Positions 36,065 to 48,514 of a DNA stretch of 64,000 bases are shown piece by piece (within the stretch, counting starts at the first letter, position 1; each line of letters begins with the position of its first letter). Origin of the DNA: Heterodontus francisci (lineage: Eukaryota); contig NW_027140807.1 in NCBI RefSeq assembly GCF_036365525.1, forward strand, positions 1,612,001-1,676,000, written 5' to 3'. A model generated the notes under the pieces. That model was given only the letters and a program-made list of their open reading frames with translations, did no database searches and was not told the DNA's origin. A program made the position numbers and the translations under genes.

Positions 36065-37525
36065 GAACGTGCTGACCATGCTAAAGATAGGTAGGAAAAC
36101 AGATTGTGAGGAGGGCACAAAGAGTCTGCACAGGGATATAGATAGGTTAAGTGAGTGGGCAAAAAATTGGCAGATGGAGCATACTGTGGGCAAATGTGAG
36201 CTTGCCCACTTTGGCAGGAAGCATGGGAATTCAGAATATTATTTAAATAGAGAGAGACTGCATGTCTCTACAGTACAGAGGGATCTGCGTGTCCTGGTAC
36301 GTGAATCACAAAAAGTCAACATGCAAGTACAGCGAGTGATTAGGGCGGCAAATGAAATGTTGTTGTTTATTGCAAAGGGAATAGAATATAAAAGTAGGGA
36401 AGTGTTGCTACAGCTGTACAGGGCCTTAGTTAGACCACATCTGGAGTACTGAGTAAAGTATTGGTCTACGTAATTAAGAAAGGACATAAATGCATTGGAA
36501 TTAGTTCAGAGAAGGTTCACTCGGCTGATACCTGGGATGAAGGGGTTGTCTTATGAGGAAATGTTGAGCAGTTTGAGCCGATACCCACTGGAGTTTAGAA
36601 GAATGAGAGGTGATCTTACCGAGACATGTAATATTTTAAGGGGGATTGACAGCTTGGAAGCCGAGAGGATGTTTCCCCCTGGTGGGCGAATCTAGAACTA
36701 GGCAGCATAATTTCAAAATAAGTGATTGGCAGATGGAGTATAATGTGGGGAAGAATGAGGTTGTTCACTTTGGTTGTAAGAATATAATTTTTTACAAGGC
36801 GTGAATCTTCTCGATGTTGATGTTCAGAGAGGCTTGGGTGTCCCCGTACATGAGACACAGTAAGTTCACATGCAGGTGCAGCAAGAAATTAGCAAGGCAA
36901 ATGGCCTGTTGGCCTTTACTGCAAGTGGGATTGGAGTACAGGAATAAGGAAGTCTTGTTACAATTGGCCAGCGCTTTGATAAGATCGCACCTGCTTTACT
37001 GTACGCAGTTTTGGTTTCCAGATCCACGGAAGGCTACACTTGCCTTGGTGGCAGTACAACGAAGGGTCACTCGATTGGTTCCTGGGATGAAAGGTTTGTC
37101 CTATGATGAGAGAGCCTGTAGTCTATGGAGTTTAGAAGAATGAAAGGTGATCTCAGTGAAACATGCAAGATTCTGAAGGTGCTTGACTGGGTAGACACTG
37201 AGAAGTTGTTTCCCCTGGCTGGGGAATCTAGTACACCCTCAGGTTAAGGGGCCAAGCATTTGGGACTGAGATAAGGAGAGGTTTCTTCACTCAAAGGGTG
37301 GTTAATCTTTGGAATTCTCTACTCCCGGGGGTGGTGGATGCTCCATCATTGAATATATTTCAGGTTGTGATAGACAGATATGTGGTCACTGATGGACTGA
37401 AGGGATATGGGGAGCGGGTGGAAAAGTGGAGTTGAGTTAGAGGATCAGTCATGATGGTATTGAATGACAGAGCAGGATCGACGGGCCGAATGGTCTACTC
37501 CTGCTCCGATTTCTCATGTTATTCT
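36065..37525 (+). mobile_element. Two tandem CR1-like LINE 3' fragments
   Basis: DIDRLSEWAK.WQME...LYRALVRPHLEY and VQRRFTRLIPGMKGLSYEE motifs, present twice. Confidence 0.9.
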
Positions 37526-38417
37526 AAAATCTAGTCATTTGATTCATGATGATTCCATTAACACAATCTAAAAACCCGTTAACTTTAACTGCAGGCTCTT
37601 TACATCAGTCTTCACCCTTCAATGATCTGACCAGAATAATTCTCTGCTGACCTCTTTCAGTGTCTTCCCTGCAAGTGATACTTGGATTCATTTCTGGCCC
37701 CATCAACGTACATAACACAACATTTGCCTAAATTTAATGCCAGTTGCCATTGTGTGGCCTAATCCCCTGCCACAGGGAAATCACTTTGGATTCCACAGGA
37801 CCCCTCTACTGTCTTAACCCGTGCACAGATTTTAGTGACATCTGCAAACATTCTTTTATTATTTCATTGGATGTGGGAGACACTGGCCAGGCCAGCAATT
37901 ATTGCCCATCCCTAATCGCCCTTGAGAAGGTGGTGGTGAGCTGCCTTCTTGAACCGCTGCAGTCCATGTGAGGTGGGTACACCCACAGTGCTGTTAGGAA
38001 GGGAGTTCCAGGAATTTGACCCAGCGACAGTGAAGGAACGGCCGAACCAGTTCCAAGTCAGGATGGTGTGTGACTTGGAGGGGAACTTGCAGGTGGTGGT
38101 GTTCCCATGCATTTGCTGCACTTGTCCTTCTAGATTGAGGTCGCGGGTTTGGAAGGTGCTGTCGAAGGAGCCTTGGTGCGTTACTGCAGTGCATTGTGTA
38201 GCTGGTACACACTGCTGCCACTGTGTGTCTGTGGCGGAGGGAGTGAATATTTAAGGTGGTGTTTGTTTAGTTAGATTCCCCCAGCTGCTGTGGTGGGATT
38301 TGAACTCTTGTGCTCTGGATCATTCGGTCGAAGCCTCAGGATTACTAGTCCCAGTAACATAACAGCAATGCTACCATACCCCCAGAGACTGGGGTAAGGT
38401 GTATTACACAATTCCCA

Positions 38418-38938
38418 AGTTTTTGCCGTGTTTCCTTGCATTCTAGTTGCACTGTGTGTATCCTAGTGAGCCCCGCAGAAGTAAGTGCTGTTGTCTTGGA
38501 GCCAGGAGCTTTTCAAGGACAGAGGGAAAGTGTTGGCCTGAGTCTCGTGCTGGGTTTCAATCCTTTTCCTGTAGTTCGATGCAGAAAGTACACTCTATCT
38601 GATCCATTCCAGGCAGTCACCAATCTGCAAACACCAGTCCAAACAACACTCAGTCATGTTGCCCTGCCCAATGCTTCTGTGGATCATGGGTTCCTCCACG
38701 GGAACCAGGGCGTTGACCGCTGGGGACTGGAGAACCATCTAACATCTAACAAGATTCTTCACACAGGATGGCACATCAATGGGGAGAGAACGATACAGGG
38801 TTACAGGGAGGGACAGAGGCAAAGGCAGAAGAGAGGGAATAAGAAGGAGACAAACTATTCTTCTCCAGTCACGCTGCTACATTCATACTTATATTTGCTC
38901 CGCAGGTTAAGCCCAATTATAAATCAGATTTATTACAT
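38418..38938 (-). pseudogene. V13: family-E-like V pseudogene with 23-RSS (CACAGTG 38450-38456, GCAAAAACT 38418-38426)
   Basis: Manual translation: VLQSPAVNALVP...IHRSIG (Cys23 lost)...LEWIR*...RIETQHETQANTF.LSL...TYFCGAH*. A 46-nt leader relic at 38938-38893 has stops and an AT donor. Confidence 0.82.
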
Positions 38939-40232
38939 TGATAAAACTATAAAAGCACCAAAGTCGGAAGGATGAACACAAACCAGCTCAGTCTGTATCT
39001 GAGAAAAAAGAAAATTGGTAATGTTTAATGATGATACTCTGTCAGAATAATCCGAACTGCTGTTCACATCAAGGAACGGTAAATTATTTCAATTTGGTTG
39101 ACGAGGAGATTATGTATAGCAATGCATAAAGTAACTATTACAAACATTAATTTCATCAACAATGGGACCAAATGGGGATAGTGGTGTTTCCTGTCTGAAA
39201 GCTGGAAAGCAGGAGTATGGAAAGCAGATCTCAAACTACTTTGAGATTCATTTCAGAGGAGGAGGCTCGTTATAAGCAGTGTGATCAAACCGCCCCTGCT
39301 GCTGTGGAAACTGCAGATAGGTCAAATAACCAGTGTCACTGGCGTTGTATTCCTTGCAGAGCACCCTCTGACCACATCATACCAACAAAACCTTAGAGGG
39401 GAACAGAGCCGGACAGGGAGAGGCCATCCCGGGGAACCCCACATAGGGAGAAATAAAGAGAGAATGAGAGAGAGAGAACAACTGGGAGGGAGCAAGGGAG
39501 AGGTAGAGTGAGGCAAAGACAGAGAGAGAGAGACAGACTGATCAACAAAGCCACTGAGAGATGGAATGATTCAGGGAAAATTAGTTCGAAAGAGAGAGAG
39601 AGAGAGAGAGATTGAGAGAACGAGTGACAGATAGAGAGAATGAGGCAATAGGAGGTGTAGAGACAGACAGGGAGAGACAGAGACAGAGCGAAACAGAGAC
39701 AGGAAATGAGAGGAGATAGGCAGAATTAATTAGAGACAGAGAGACAGAATGAGACTGAGTGCGTTTGAGAGAGAAATAGAGACAGACAGCAAGAGTAAGC
39801 GAGGAAATGAGAGGCGAGAAAGAGAGGGGAAGGAAAGAAGAGAGTGAGATAAAGAGAGAGAATGAGAATGGGTGTGTGTGTGAGAGACAGAAAGAGCAAC
39901 AGAGCTGAGAGGAAATGAGAGAAGGAAAGAGAGACAGGGATAAAGGAAGAGAATGAGAGTGAGTGTGTGTGAGAGAGGAAAGATAACAAGAGCAACAGAG
40001 ACAGAGAAACAGGCATGAAGAGAGAGAGAAAGGAAACAATTTTACAGAACAATTTAAACGATGCTTTTTTAATCAATATTGGTGAAGTCTGATGTGTTTC
40101 CAGGTGCTAGCTCGCCCTCTGCTGTCCCCCGGAGGAGAAAACCCCCCAAAAATACAAAAACAACTGCAGCACAAAAAAACACTAACAAATTCAACAATAA
40201 CTTCAACAGGAAAAATAAAAGCACCAATGAAA

Positions 40233-40545
40233 AGGGCGGCACAGTGGCCCAGTTGTTAGCACCGCAGCCTCATAGCTCCAGCGACCCGGGTTCAATTCTG
40301 CCTGTGTGGAGTTTGCAAGTTCTCCCTGTGTCTGCGTGGGTTTCCTGTGGGTGCTCTGGTTTCCTCCCACATGCCATTATACATTGCCCGTGGTAAAGGT
40401 AGGTGGCAGGGAAATACAGGGACAGGTTGGGATGTGGTAGGAATATGGAATTAGTGTAGGATTAGTATAAATTGGTGGTTGGTGGTTGGCACAAACATGG
40501 TAGGCCGAAGGGCCTGTTTCAGTGCTGTATCTCCAAACTAAACTC
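40233..40545 (+). mobile_element. tRNA-derived SINE (HE1/V-SINE type)
   Basis: Same head and core as 32936-33290. Confidence 0.87.
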
Positions 40546-41423
40546 TGAACTAAACAACTTCAACAGGAAAAACACCAACAAATTCAACAACAACTTATTA
40601 CAGGAAAAACATCAACAAATTCAACAACAATTTCAACAGGACATAACACCAACAAATACAAAAACAACTTCAGTAGGAGAAAAACACCAACAAATTCAAC
40701 AACAACTGCAGCAGGATAAAAACACCAGCAAATTCAACAACAACTTCAACAGGAAAAACACCATCAAATTCAACAACGCTTTCAACAGGAAAAACACCAA
40801 CAATGCCAACAACAGCTTTAGCAGGAGAAAAACATCAACAAAGTTAGCAACAACTTCAGCAGGAGAAAAACACCAATAAAATTGAACAACAACCTCAGCA
40901 GGAAAAACACCAACAAATTCAACAACCACCTCAACAGGAAAAACACCAACAAACTCAACAACAACTTCAGCAGGTTGTCTGTTCCTGGGATCTTGCCTTG
41001 TAGAAACTGGCTTCCACTCTTCCTACATTACATCAGGGGCCGTACTTCGAAACAGTAGCAAAGAATATGGGAATAGAAAAACCTATGAGATTAGCAAAAA
41101 ATGCGAGATCTTGGGATTCATAAATAGACGCAAAGCCTACAAAAACTAGTAAGTTATGCTGAACCTTTATAATGCTCTAGTTAGGCCACAACTGGAGAAT
41201 TGCTTCCAGTTCTGGTTATCACATTTTATGAAGGAGGTGAGGGTCATAGAGTGGGTGCAGAGGAGATTTACCAGAATAGTTCCAGGAATGGAGGATTTTA
41301 GTTACAAGGTTACGTTGGAGAAACTGGTGTTATTCTCCCTGGAGAAACTGAGATTGCGTGGAGACCTGATAGAGGTGTACAAGATTGTGACAGGTTTAGA
41401 TAAAGATCACAAAGAAAAGCTGC

Positions 41424-41985
41424 TACTCACCCAGGAGTCAGTCCCCCAGCTCCACTGACTGGTCCCACAGTGTTGGTGTTCCTGCTACTCACCCAGGAGT
41501 CAGTCCCCCAGCTCCACTGACTAGTCCCACAGTGTTGGTGTTCCTTCTACTCACCCAGGAGTCAGTCCCCCAGCTCCACTGACTAGTCCCACAGTGTTGG
41601 TGTTCCTGCAACTCACCCAGGCGTCAGTCTCTCAGCTCCACTGACTAGTCCCACAGTGTTGGTGTTCCTGCTCCTCACCCAGGAGTCAGTCCCCCAGCTC
41701 CACTGACTAGTCCCACAGTGTTGGTGTTCCTGCTACTCACCCAGGAGTCAGTCCCCCAGCTCCACTGACTGGTCCCACAGTGTTGGTGTTCCTGCTCCTC
41801 ACCCAGGAGTCAGTCCCCCAGCTCCACTGACTAGTCCCACAGTGTTGGTGTTCCTGCTACTCACCCAGGAGTCAGTCCCCCAGCTCCACTGACTGGTCCC
41901 ACAGTGTTGGTGTTCCTGCTCCTCACCCAGGAGTCAGTCCCCCAGCTCCACTGACTAGTCCCACATTGTTTGTGCTCCTGCTCCT
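41424..41985. repeat. 62-bp minisatellite, ~9 copies (CTCACCCAGGAGTCAGTCCCCCAGCTCCACTGACTAGTCCCACAGTGTTGGTGTTCCTGCTA)
   Basis: Direct tandem copies; single copy in the paralogous block at ~47162-47222. Confidence 0.93.
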
Positions 41986-42613
41986 CGCTCCAGCTGCAGG
42001 GAATTTACAGCACAGCAACAGGCCATTCGTCCCGATACATCCATGCTGGTCTTTTTGGTCCACACGAACGTTGTTCCACGCCCTCTTCATCGCGCCCCCA
42101 GCCACATATCCTTCTGTTCCTCTCTCCCTCATGTCCTATCCAGCTTCCCCTCAGCTTAAATATATCTTCCCTATTCCCCTCAGCCTGTGATAATGAGTTC
42201 CACATTCTCCCCACTCTCTGGGTGAAGATGTTTCTCCCGAATTCCCAATTGGATTTATTGCTGACTGTCTTATATTGATGCCCCACCCCTTTTTCTGGTC
42301 TCACCCGCAAATGAAAAAAAACTTCGCTACATTTATCTGATCAAAAACCCTTTCATAATCTTAAAGAGCTCTATCAGGGCACTCCTGGGCCTTCTCTTTT
42401 CAAGCGATAAGAGCCCAATCTGTTCAGTCTTTTTCTGATCATTATATCATCCCAGTTCTCCTATCATCCTTGAAGATATTTCCGTGCAACTTTTCCCCGA
42501 CGTTCAATGCAACCTGTGTCTTCATCATGTCAAAGACATGTTCACAATGCAACAGGTAAACCCAACAGGATACAGAGCTGCAGGCTTTTATCTGAAACAG
42601 GTGTTTCTCTTGG

Positions 42614-42652
42614 TGTTTTTGTTGAACTGCTCCGTCTCTCTGAGTCACTGTG
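42614..42652 (-). other. 23-RSS of V14 (CACAGTG-23-ACAAAAACA)
   Basis: Heptamer 42646-42652, nonamer 42614-42622. Confidence 0.92.
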
Positions 42653-43144
42653 CTGACTCCAGGCACAGAAATACAGGGCCGAGTGATTCTCCTGCAGGCT
42701 GGTGGACTCCAGGTTGAACTGGGAGCCAGTCGGTCGTTTGGCGCTGAAACCCTCCACCGTCCCCTCTGAGTTCACACCTGGTGTAGCTGCGGAGTAAAAC
42801 ATCAGCCGCGGCTCCTTCCCCGGTCCTGTCTGTACCAGAATATGTAACCGCTACTCTCACCCTCCACACGGCACTCCAGTCCCACTCCCTCCCCAGGAAA
42901 TCTGGAGATGGCGGTGGGAGTCTGGCGGACCCTCGCGGAGATTGCGCCTGGGGGAAGAGACCGGGAGAGAAGAAAGTCAGTGAACATGGACAATCTGGGA
43001 TGTGAAGAATGAAGGAAGAAGAGAAAGATAGAGAGAAAGAAAATAAGAAAGAGAGCTGTTAATAAAAACAATGGGGGTGTGGGGTGGTGGTGAGAAAGAT
43101 CCCTTACTTTGAAATAAGACCATGAGACTCAATAACAGATACAT
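42653..43144 (-). pseudogene. TRBV: V14: family-A-related V with a 1-bp frameshift in FR2
   Basis: Leader 43144-43108 (MYLLLSLMVLFQ). V exon 42947-42653; WYRQD then a 1-nt loss near 42820-42826; remainder MFYS...YFCAWSQ. Confidence 0.85.
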
Positions 43145-44167
43145 CTTCCACTGGAAGCTTATCCTGCAATTGGGAAATCAGTGGAAAGAAGACAGTTGAG
43201 TCTTGTGAGGAGCCACATGTAGACTCAAGCAAGTGATTCAGGTTTGCACAACACCTCCCTCCCTGATGGGGAACCCACGCCCCTCTCTCTACCATTGGCT
43301 GCCACTAGTTGCTGTGGCATTTATTGGTATCATTCTGCTGCTGAGGTTGTTGTTGTATTTGCTGGTGTTTTTCTCCGACTGAGGTTGTTGAATTTGTTGG
43401 TGTTTGAATCTCCTGCTGATCTGTTATTGAATTTGTTGGCCTTGTTCTCCTGCTGAGGTAGTTGTTGTGTTGGTTGGTGTTTTCCCTGCTGTGGTTTTTG
43501 TTGTACTTGTTGTTTTCTTCCCTGTTTAAATTGTTGTTCAATTTGGTTTTTGCATGTTGAGGTTGTTGATGTATTTTTGGTGCGGTTATTTTCTATTTTT
43601 TAATTCATTCATGGGATTTTGGGCGATGCTGGTTGAGGTCAGCATTTATTGTCCATCCCTAATTGCCCCTTGAGAAGGTGGCGGTGAGCTGCCTTCGTGA
43701 ACCACTGCAGTCCATGTAGTGTAGGTACACCCACAGTGCTGTTAGGAAGGGAGTTTCAGGATTTTGACCCAGCGACAATGAAGGAACGGTGATATAGTTC
43801 CAAGTCACGATGGTGTGTGACTTGGAGGGGACCTTGCAGGCGGTGGTGTCCCCATGATTCTGCTGCCCTTGTCCATCTAGTTGGTAGAGGCCGCGGGTTT
43901 GGAAGGTGCTGTCGAAGGAGCCTTGGTGCATTACTGCAGTGCTTTTTGCAGCTGGTACATACTGCTTCCACTGTGCGTCGGTGGTGGTGGGAGTGAATAT
44001 TTAAGGTGATGTTTGTTTAGTTAGATTCCCCCAGAAGCTGTGGTGGGATTTGAACTCCTGTGCTCTGGATTATTCAGTCGAGGCCTCTGAATTACTAGTC
44101 CCAGTAACATAACAGCTATACTACCATACCCCCAAAGACTGGGGGAAGGTGTATTACATCATTCCCG

Positions 44168-44682
44168 AGTTTATGCCGTGTTTCCTTGCATTCTAGTTAC
44201 ACTGTGTGTGTACTTGTGAGCCGCGCAGTAGTAAGTGATGTTGTCTTGTGCACGGGAGCTTTTCAAGGACAGAGTCAAAGTGTTGGCTTGAGTCTCGTGC
44301 TGGGTTTCAATCCTTTTCCTGCATTTAGATGCAGAAAGTACACTCTATCTAATCCATTCCAGGCAGTCACCAATCTGCAAGTACCAGTCCATACCAGTCA
44401 TGTTGCCCTGCCCAATACTGCTGTGGAACGTGGTTTCCTCCCCAGGAACCAGGGCGTTGGCCGCCGGGGACTGGAGAACCATCTAACATCTGACAAGATT
44501 CTTCACACAGGATGGCAGATCAATGGGGAGAGAACGATAGAGGGTTACAGGGAGGGACAGAGGCAAAAGCAGAAGAAAGGGATTAAGAAGGAGACAAAAT
44601 AATTTCCTCCAGTCACGCTGCTGCCTTCACACTTATATTTGCTCGACAGGTTAAGCCCAATTATAAATCAGATTTATTACAT
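44168..44682 (-). pseudogene. V15: paralog of V13, pseudogene with 23-RSS (CACAGTG 44200-44206, GCATAAACT 44168-44176)
   Basis: Cys23>Ser, same TAG after LEWIR, ends YYCAAHKYT; same dead 46-nt leader at 44682-44637. Confidence 0.82.
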
Positions 44683-45035
44683 TGATAAAACTATAAATGC
44701 GCCAAACCCGGAAGGATTAACACAATCCAGCTCAGTCTGCATCTGAGAAAGAGGAAAATTGGTAATGTTTAAGGATGATACTCTGTTAAAAGTATCCTAA
44801 CTGCTGTTCAGATCAAGGAACAGTAAATTATTTCAGTTTGGTTGACGAGCTGATGATGTATAACAATGCATAAAGTAACTATTACGAACATTAATTTCAT
44901 CAACAATGGTACCAAATGGGGATAGTGGTGTTTCCTGTCTTAAAGGTGGAAAGCAAGAATATGGAAAGGCAAGGAATCATGACCAGTATCTCCGAATAAC
45001 ACTTCAGTATCTTCTGTCAGCAGATCTCTAACTAG

Positions 45036-45356
45036 TTTGGTTTAGTTTAGAGATAGAGCACTGAAACAGGCCCTTCTGCCCACCGAGTCTGTGCCAACCA
45101 TCAACCACCCATTTATACGAATCCGATACTAATTCCATATTCCTACCACATTCCCACCTGTCCCTATATTCCCCTACCACCTACCTATACAAGGGGCAAA
45201 TATATAATGGCCAATTAACCTATCAACCAGCAAGTCTTTGGCATGTGGGAGGAAACCGGAGCACCCGGAGGAAACCCACGCAGACACAGGGAGAACTTGC
45301 AAACTCCACACAGGCAGTACCCAGAATTGAACCCGGGTCGCTGGAGCTGTGAGGCT
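45036..45356 (-). mobile_element. 5'-truncated tRNA-derived SINE (HE1/V-SINE type)
   Basis: V-SINE core and tail; absent at the paralogous site ~39240. Confidence 0.87.
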
Positions 45357-46834
45357 GGATCTGTGAGATTCGTTTCAGAGGAGGAGGCTCGTTATAAGCA
45401 ATGTGATCAAACCGCCCCGCTACTGTGGAAACTGCAGACAGGTCGAATAACCACTGTCGCTGGCATTGCATTCCATACAGAGCACCCTCTGGCCACATCA
45501 TACCAACAAAATCTTAGAGGGTAACAGAGCTGGACAGGCAGAGGCCATCCCAGGGAACCCCACATAGGGAGAGATAAAGAGAGAATGAGAGACAGAGGAC
45601 AGCTGAGAGGGAGCAAGAGAGTGATGCAGAGACACAGAGAGAGACAGACTGATCGACAAAGCCACTGAGAGATGGAATGATTCAGGAAAAATAAGTTAGA
45701 CAGAGAGAGAGAGAGAGAGACTGAGAGATATAGTGACAGATAGAGAGAATGAGGCAGTAGGAGGTGTAGAGACAGACAAGGAGAGACAGAGACAGAGCGA
45801 CACAGAGGCAGAAAATGAGAGGAGATTGTAAGAATTAATGAGAGAGAGAGAGAATAAGAGTGAGTGTGTGTGAGAGAGAAATGGAGACAGACAGCAAGAG
45901 TAAGCAAGGAAATGAGAGGCGGGAAAGAGAGGGGAAGGAAAGAAGAGAGTGAGATAAAGAGAGAGAATGAGATTGGGTGCGTGTGTGAGAGACAGAAAGA
46001 GCAACAGAGCAGAGAGGAAATGAGAGAAGGAAGGAGAGACAGTGATAAAGAGAGAGAATGAGAATGTGTGAGAGAGGAAAGATAACAGGAGCAACAGAGA
46101 GAGAGAAACAGACATGAAGAGAGAGAGCAAAGAAACAATTTTACTGAACAATGTTAACCTTTTTTCAAAATCAATATTGGTGAAGTCTGCTGTTCCCCTG
46201 GAGGAGAAAACCCCCCCAAAATACAAAAACAACAGCAGCAGAATAAAAATACGAACAAATTGAACAATAACTTCAACAGGAGTAAAGAAAAACAACAATA
46301 AGTTAAATAACAACCTCAACAAGAAAGACACAAGCAAATTCAACAACAACCTCAACAGGAAATAGCACAAATAAATACAACAACTTCAAGAGGAAAAAGT
46401 ACCAACAAATTCAACAACAACTTCAACAGGAAAAACACCAACAAGTTCAACAACAAATTCAAATGGGAAAATACCAACAAATTCAACAACAACTTTAACA
46501 GGAGAAAAACACCTCCAAGTTAAACAACAAACTCAACAGGAAAAACGCTAACAAATTCAACAACAACCTCAACAGGAAAAACAGCAACAAAGTCAACAAC
46601 TTCAGCGGGAGAAAACACCAACAAAGTCAACAACAATTTCAGCAGGAGAAAAACAGCAAATTCAACAGAAACTTCAGCAGGAGAAAAACACCAACAAATT
46701 CAACAACAACTTCAGCAGGATCTGCACGTTGTCTGTTCATGGGATCTTGCCTTTTAGAAAGTGGCTGCCACTGTTCCTACATTACAGCAGTGGCCGTACT
46801 TCGAAACAGTAGCAAAGAATATGGGAATAGCAAA

Positions 46835-47160
46835 ACATGCGAGATCTTAGGCTTCATAAATAGAGCCATTGAGTGCAAAAACTGGGAAGTTATGCTGAAC
46901 CTTTATAAAGCTCTGGTTAGGCCACAACTGCAAAATTGCATCCAGTTCTGGTCACCACACTTTAGGAAGGAGGTGAGGTTCCTTGAGAGGGTGCAGAGGA
47001 GATTTACCAGAATGGTTCCAGGAATGGAGGATTTTAGTTACAAGGTTAGGTTGGAGAAGCTGGGGTTGTTCTCCCTGGAGAAACTGAGATTGCGTGGAGA
47101 CCTGATAGAGGTGTACAAGATTGTGACAGGTTTAGATCAAGATTACAAAGAAAAGCTGCT
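46835..47160 (+). mobile_element. CR1-like LINE fragment (paralog at 41100-41422)
   Basis: LYKALVRPQL..CIQFWSPHFRK...LGLFSLEKLRLRGDLIEVYKI. Confidence 0.85.
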
Positions 47161-47812
47161 CCTCACCCAGGAGTCAGTCCCCAGCTCCACTGACTGGTCC
47201 CACAGTGTTGGTGTTCCTGCTCTTCGCTCCAGCTGCAAGGAATTTACAGCCCGACACGTCCTTGCCGACCTTTTTGGTCCACACGAACGTCGTTCCACGC
47301 CCTCTTCATCTCGCCCCCAGCCACATCTCCTTCTGTTCCTCTCTCCCTCATGTCCTATCCAACTGCCCCCCTCCCCCCCAGCTTAAATACATCTTCCCTA
47401 TTCCTTTCATCCTGTGGTACTGAGTTCCACATTCTCCCCACTCTCTGGGTGAAGATGTTTCTCTCAAATTTCCAATTGGATGTTTTGGTGACTGTATTAT
47501 ATTGACGCACCTGCCCCGTTTTTACTGGTCTCACCCGCAAATGCAAACATTTTTCTCTACATTTATCTGATCAAGACCCCTTTCATAATCTTAAATAGCT
47601 CGATCAGGTCACTCCTCAGCCTTCTCTTTTCTAGAGAAAAGAGCCCCAGTCTGTTCAGTCTTTTCCTGATCATTATGACCTCTCAGTTCTCGTATCATCC
47701 CTGAACATCTTTCTGTGTCTTCTTCATATCGAAGACATGTTCACACTGCAGTAGGTAAACCCAACAGGATACAGAGCTGCAGGCTTTTATCTGAAACAGG
47801 TGTTTCTGTTGG

Positions 47813-48041
47813 TGTTTTTGTTGAACTGCTCCATCTCTCTGAGCCACTGTGCAGACTCCAGGCACAGCAATGCATGGCCGAGTGATTCTCCCACAGGCTG
47901 GAGGACTCCAGATTGAACTGGGCGTCAGTCGGTCACTTGGCGCTGAAACCCCCCACCGTCCCCTCTGAAATCACACTTGGTACAGCTGGGGAGTAAAACA
48001 TTATTTTGAAATAAGACCATGAGACTCAGTAACAGATGCAT
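47813..48041 (-). pseudogene. TRBV: V16: internally deleted paralog of V14 with 23-RSS (CACAGTG 47845-47851, ACAAAAACA 47813-47821)
   Basis: Leader (ATG 48041) is fused out of frame to FR2 MFYS at ~48001; ~300 bp (intron, FR1, CDR1) deleted. Confidence 0.85.
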
Positions 48042-48514
48042 CTTCCACTGGAAGCTTATCCTGCAATTGGAAAATCAGTGGAAAGAAGAGAGTTGAGTCT
48101 TGTGAGAAGCCACATGAAGATTCAAGCAAGTGATTCAGGTTTGCACAACACCCCCCTCCCTGATGGGAAACCCACGCCCCTCTCTCTCCCATTGGCTGCC
48201 AGTAGTTGTTGTTGCATTTGTTGGTATAATTTTGAAGTTGTTGTTGTATTTGTTGTTGTATTTGCTGGTGTTTTTCTCCAACTGAGGTTGTTGAACTTGT
48301 TGGTGTTTGAATCTCCTGCTGATCTGTTGTTGAATTTGTTGGCGCTGTTCTCCTGATGAGGTAGTTGTTGTTTTTGTTGGTGTTTTCCCTGCTGAGGTTT
48401 TTGTTGTACTTCTTGTTTCCTTCCCTGCTTAAGTTGTTGAATTTTTTTTACGTTGAGGTTGTTGTTTTATTTTGGAGTTTTTCCCCTGCTGAGGTTATTT
48501 TCTGTTTTTTAACT

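Noticed and set aside
38436-38975. Plus-strand ORFs over V segments (also 657-950, 35108-35479, 44186-44602)
   Set aside because: Antisense shadows of V exons
660-48041. Interpretation as shark IgH or IgL clusters
   Set aside because: No D, J or C between the V segments (translocon-type array), TCR-beta-type motifs, and no systematic promoter octamer
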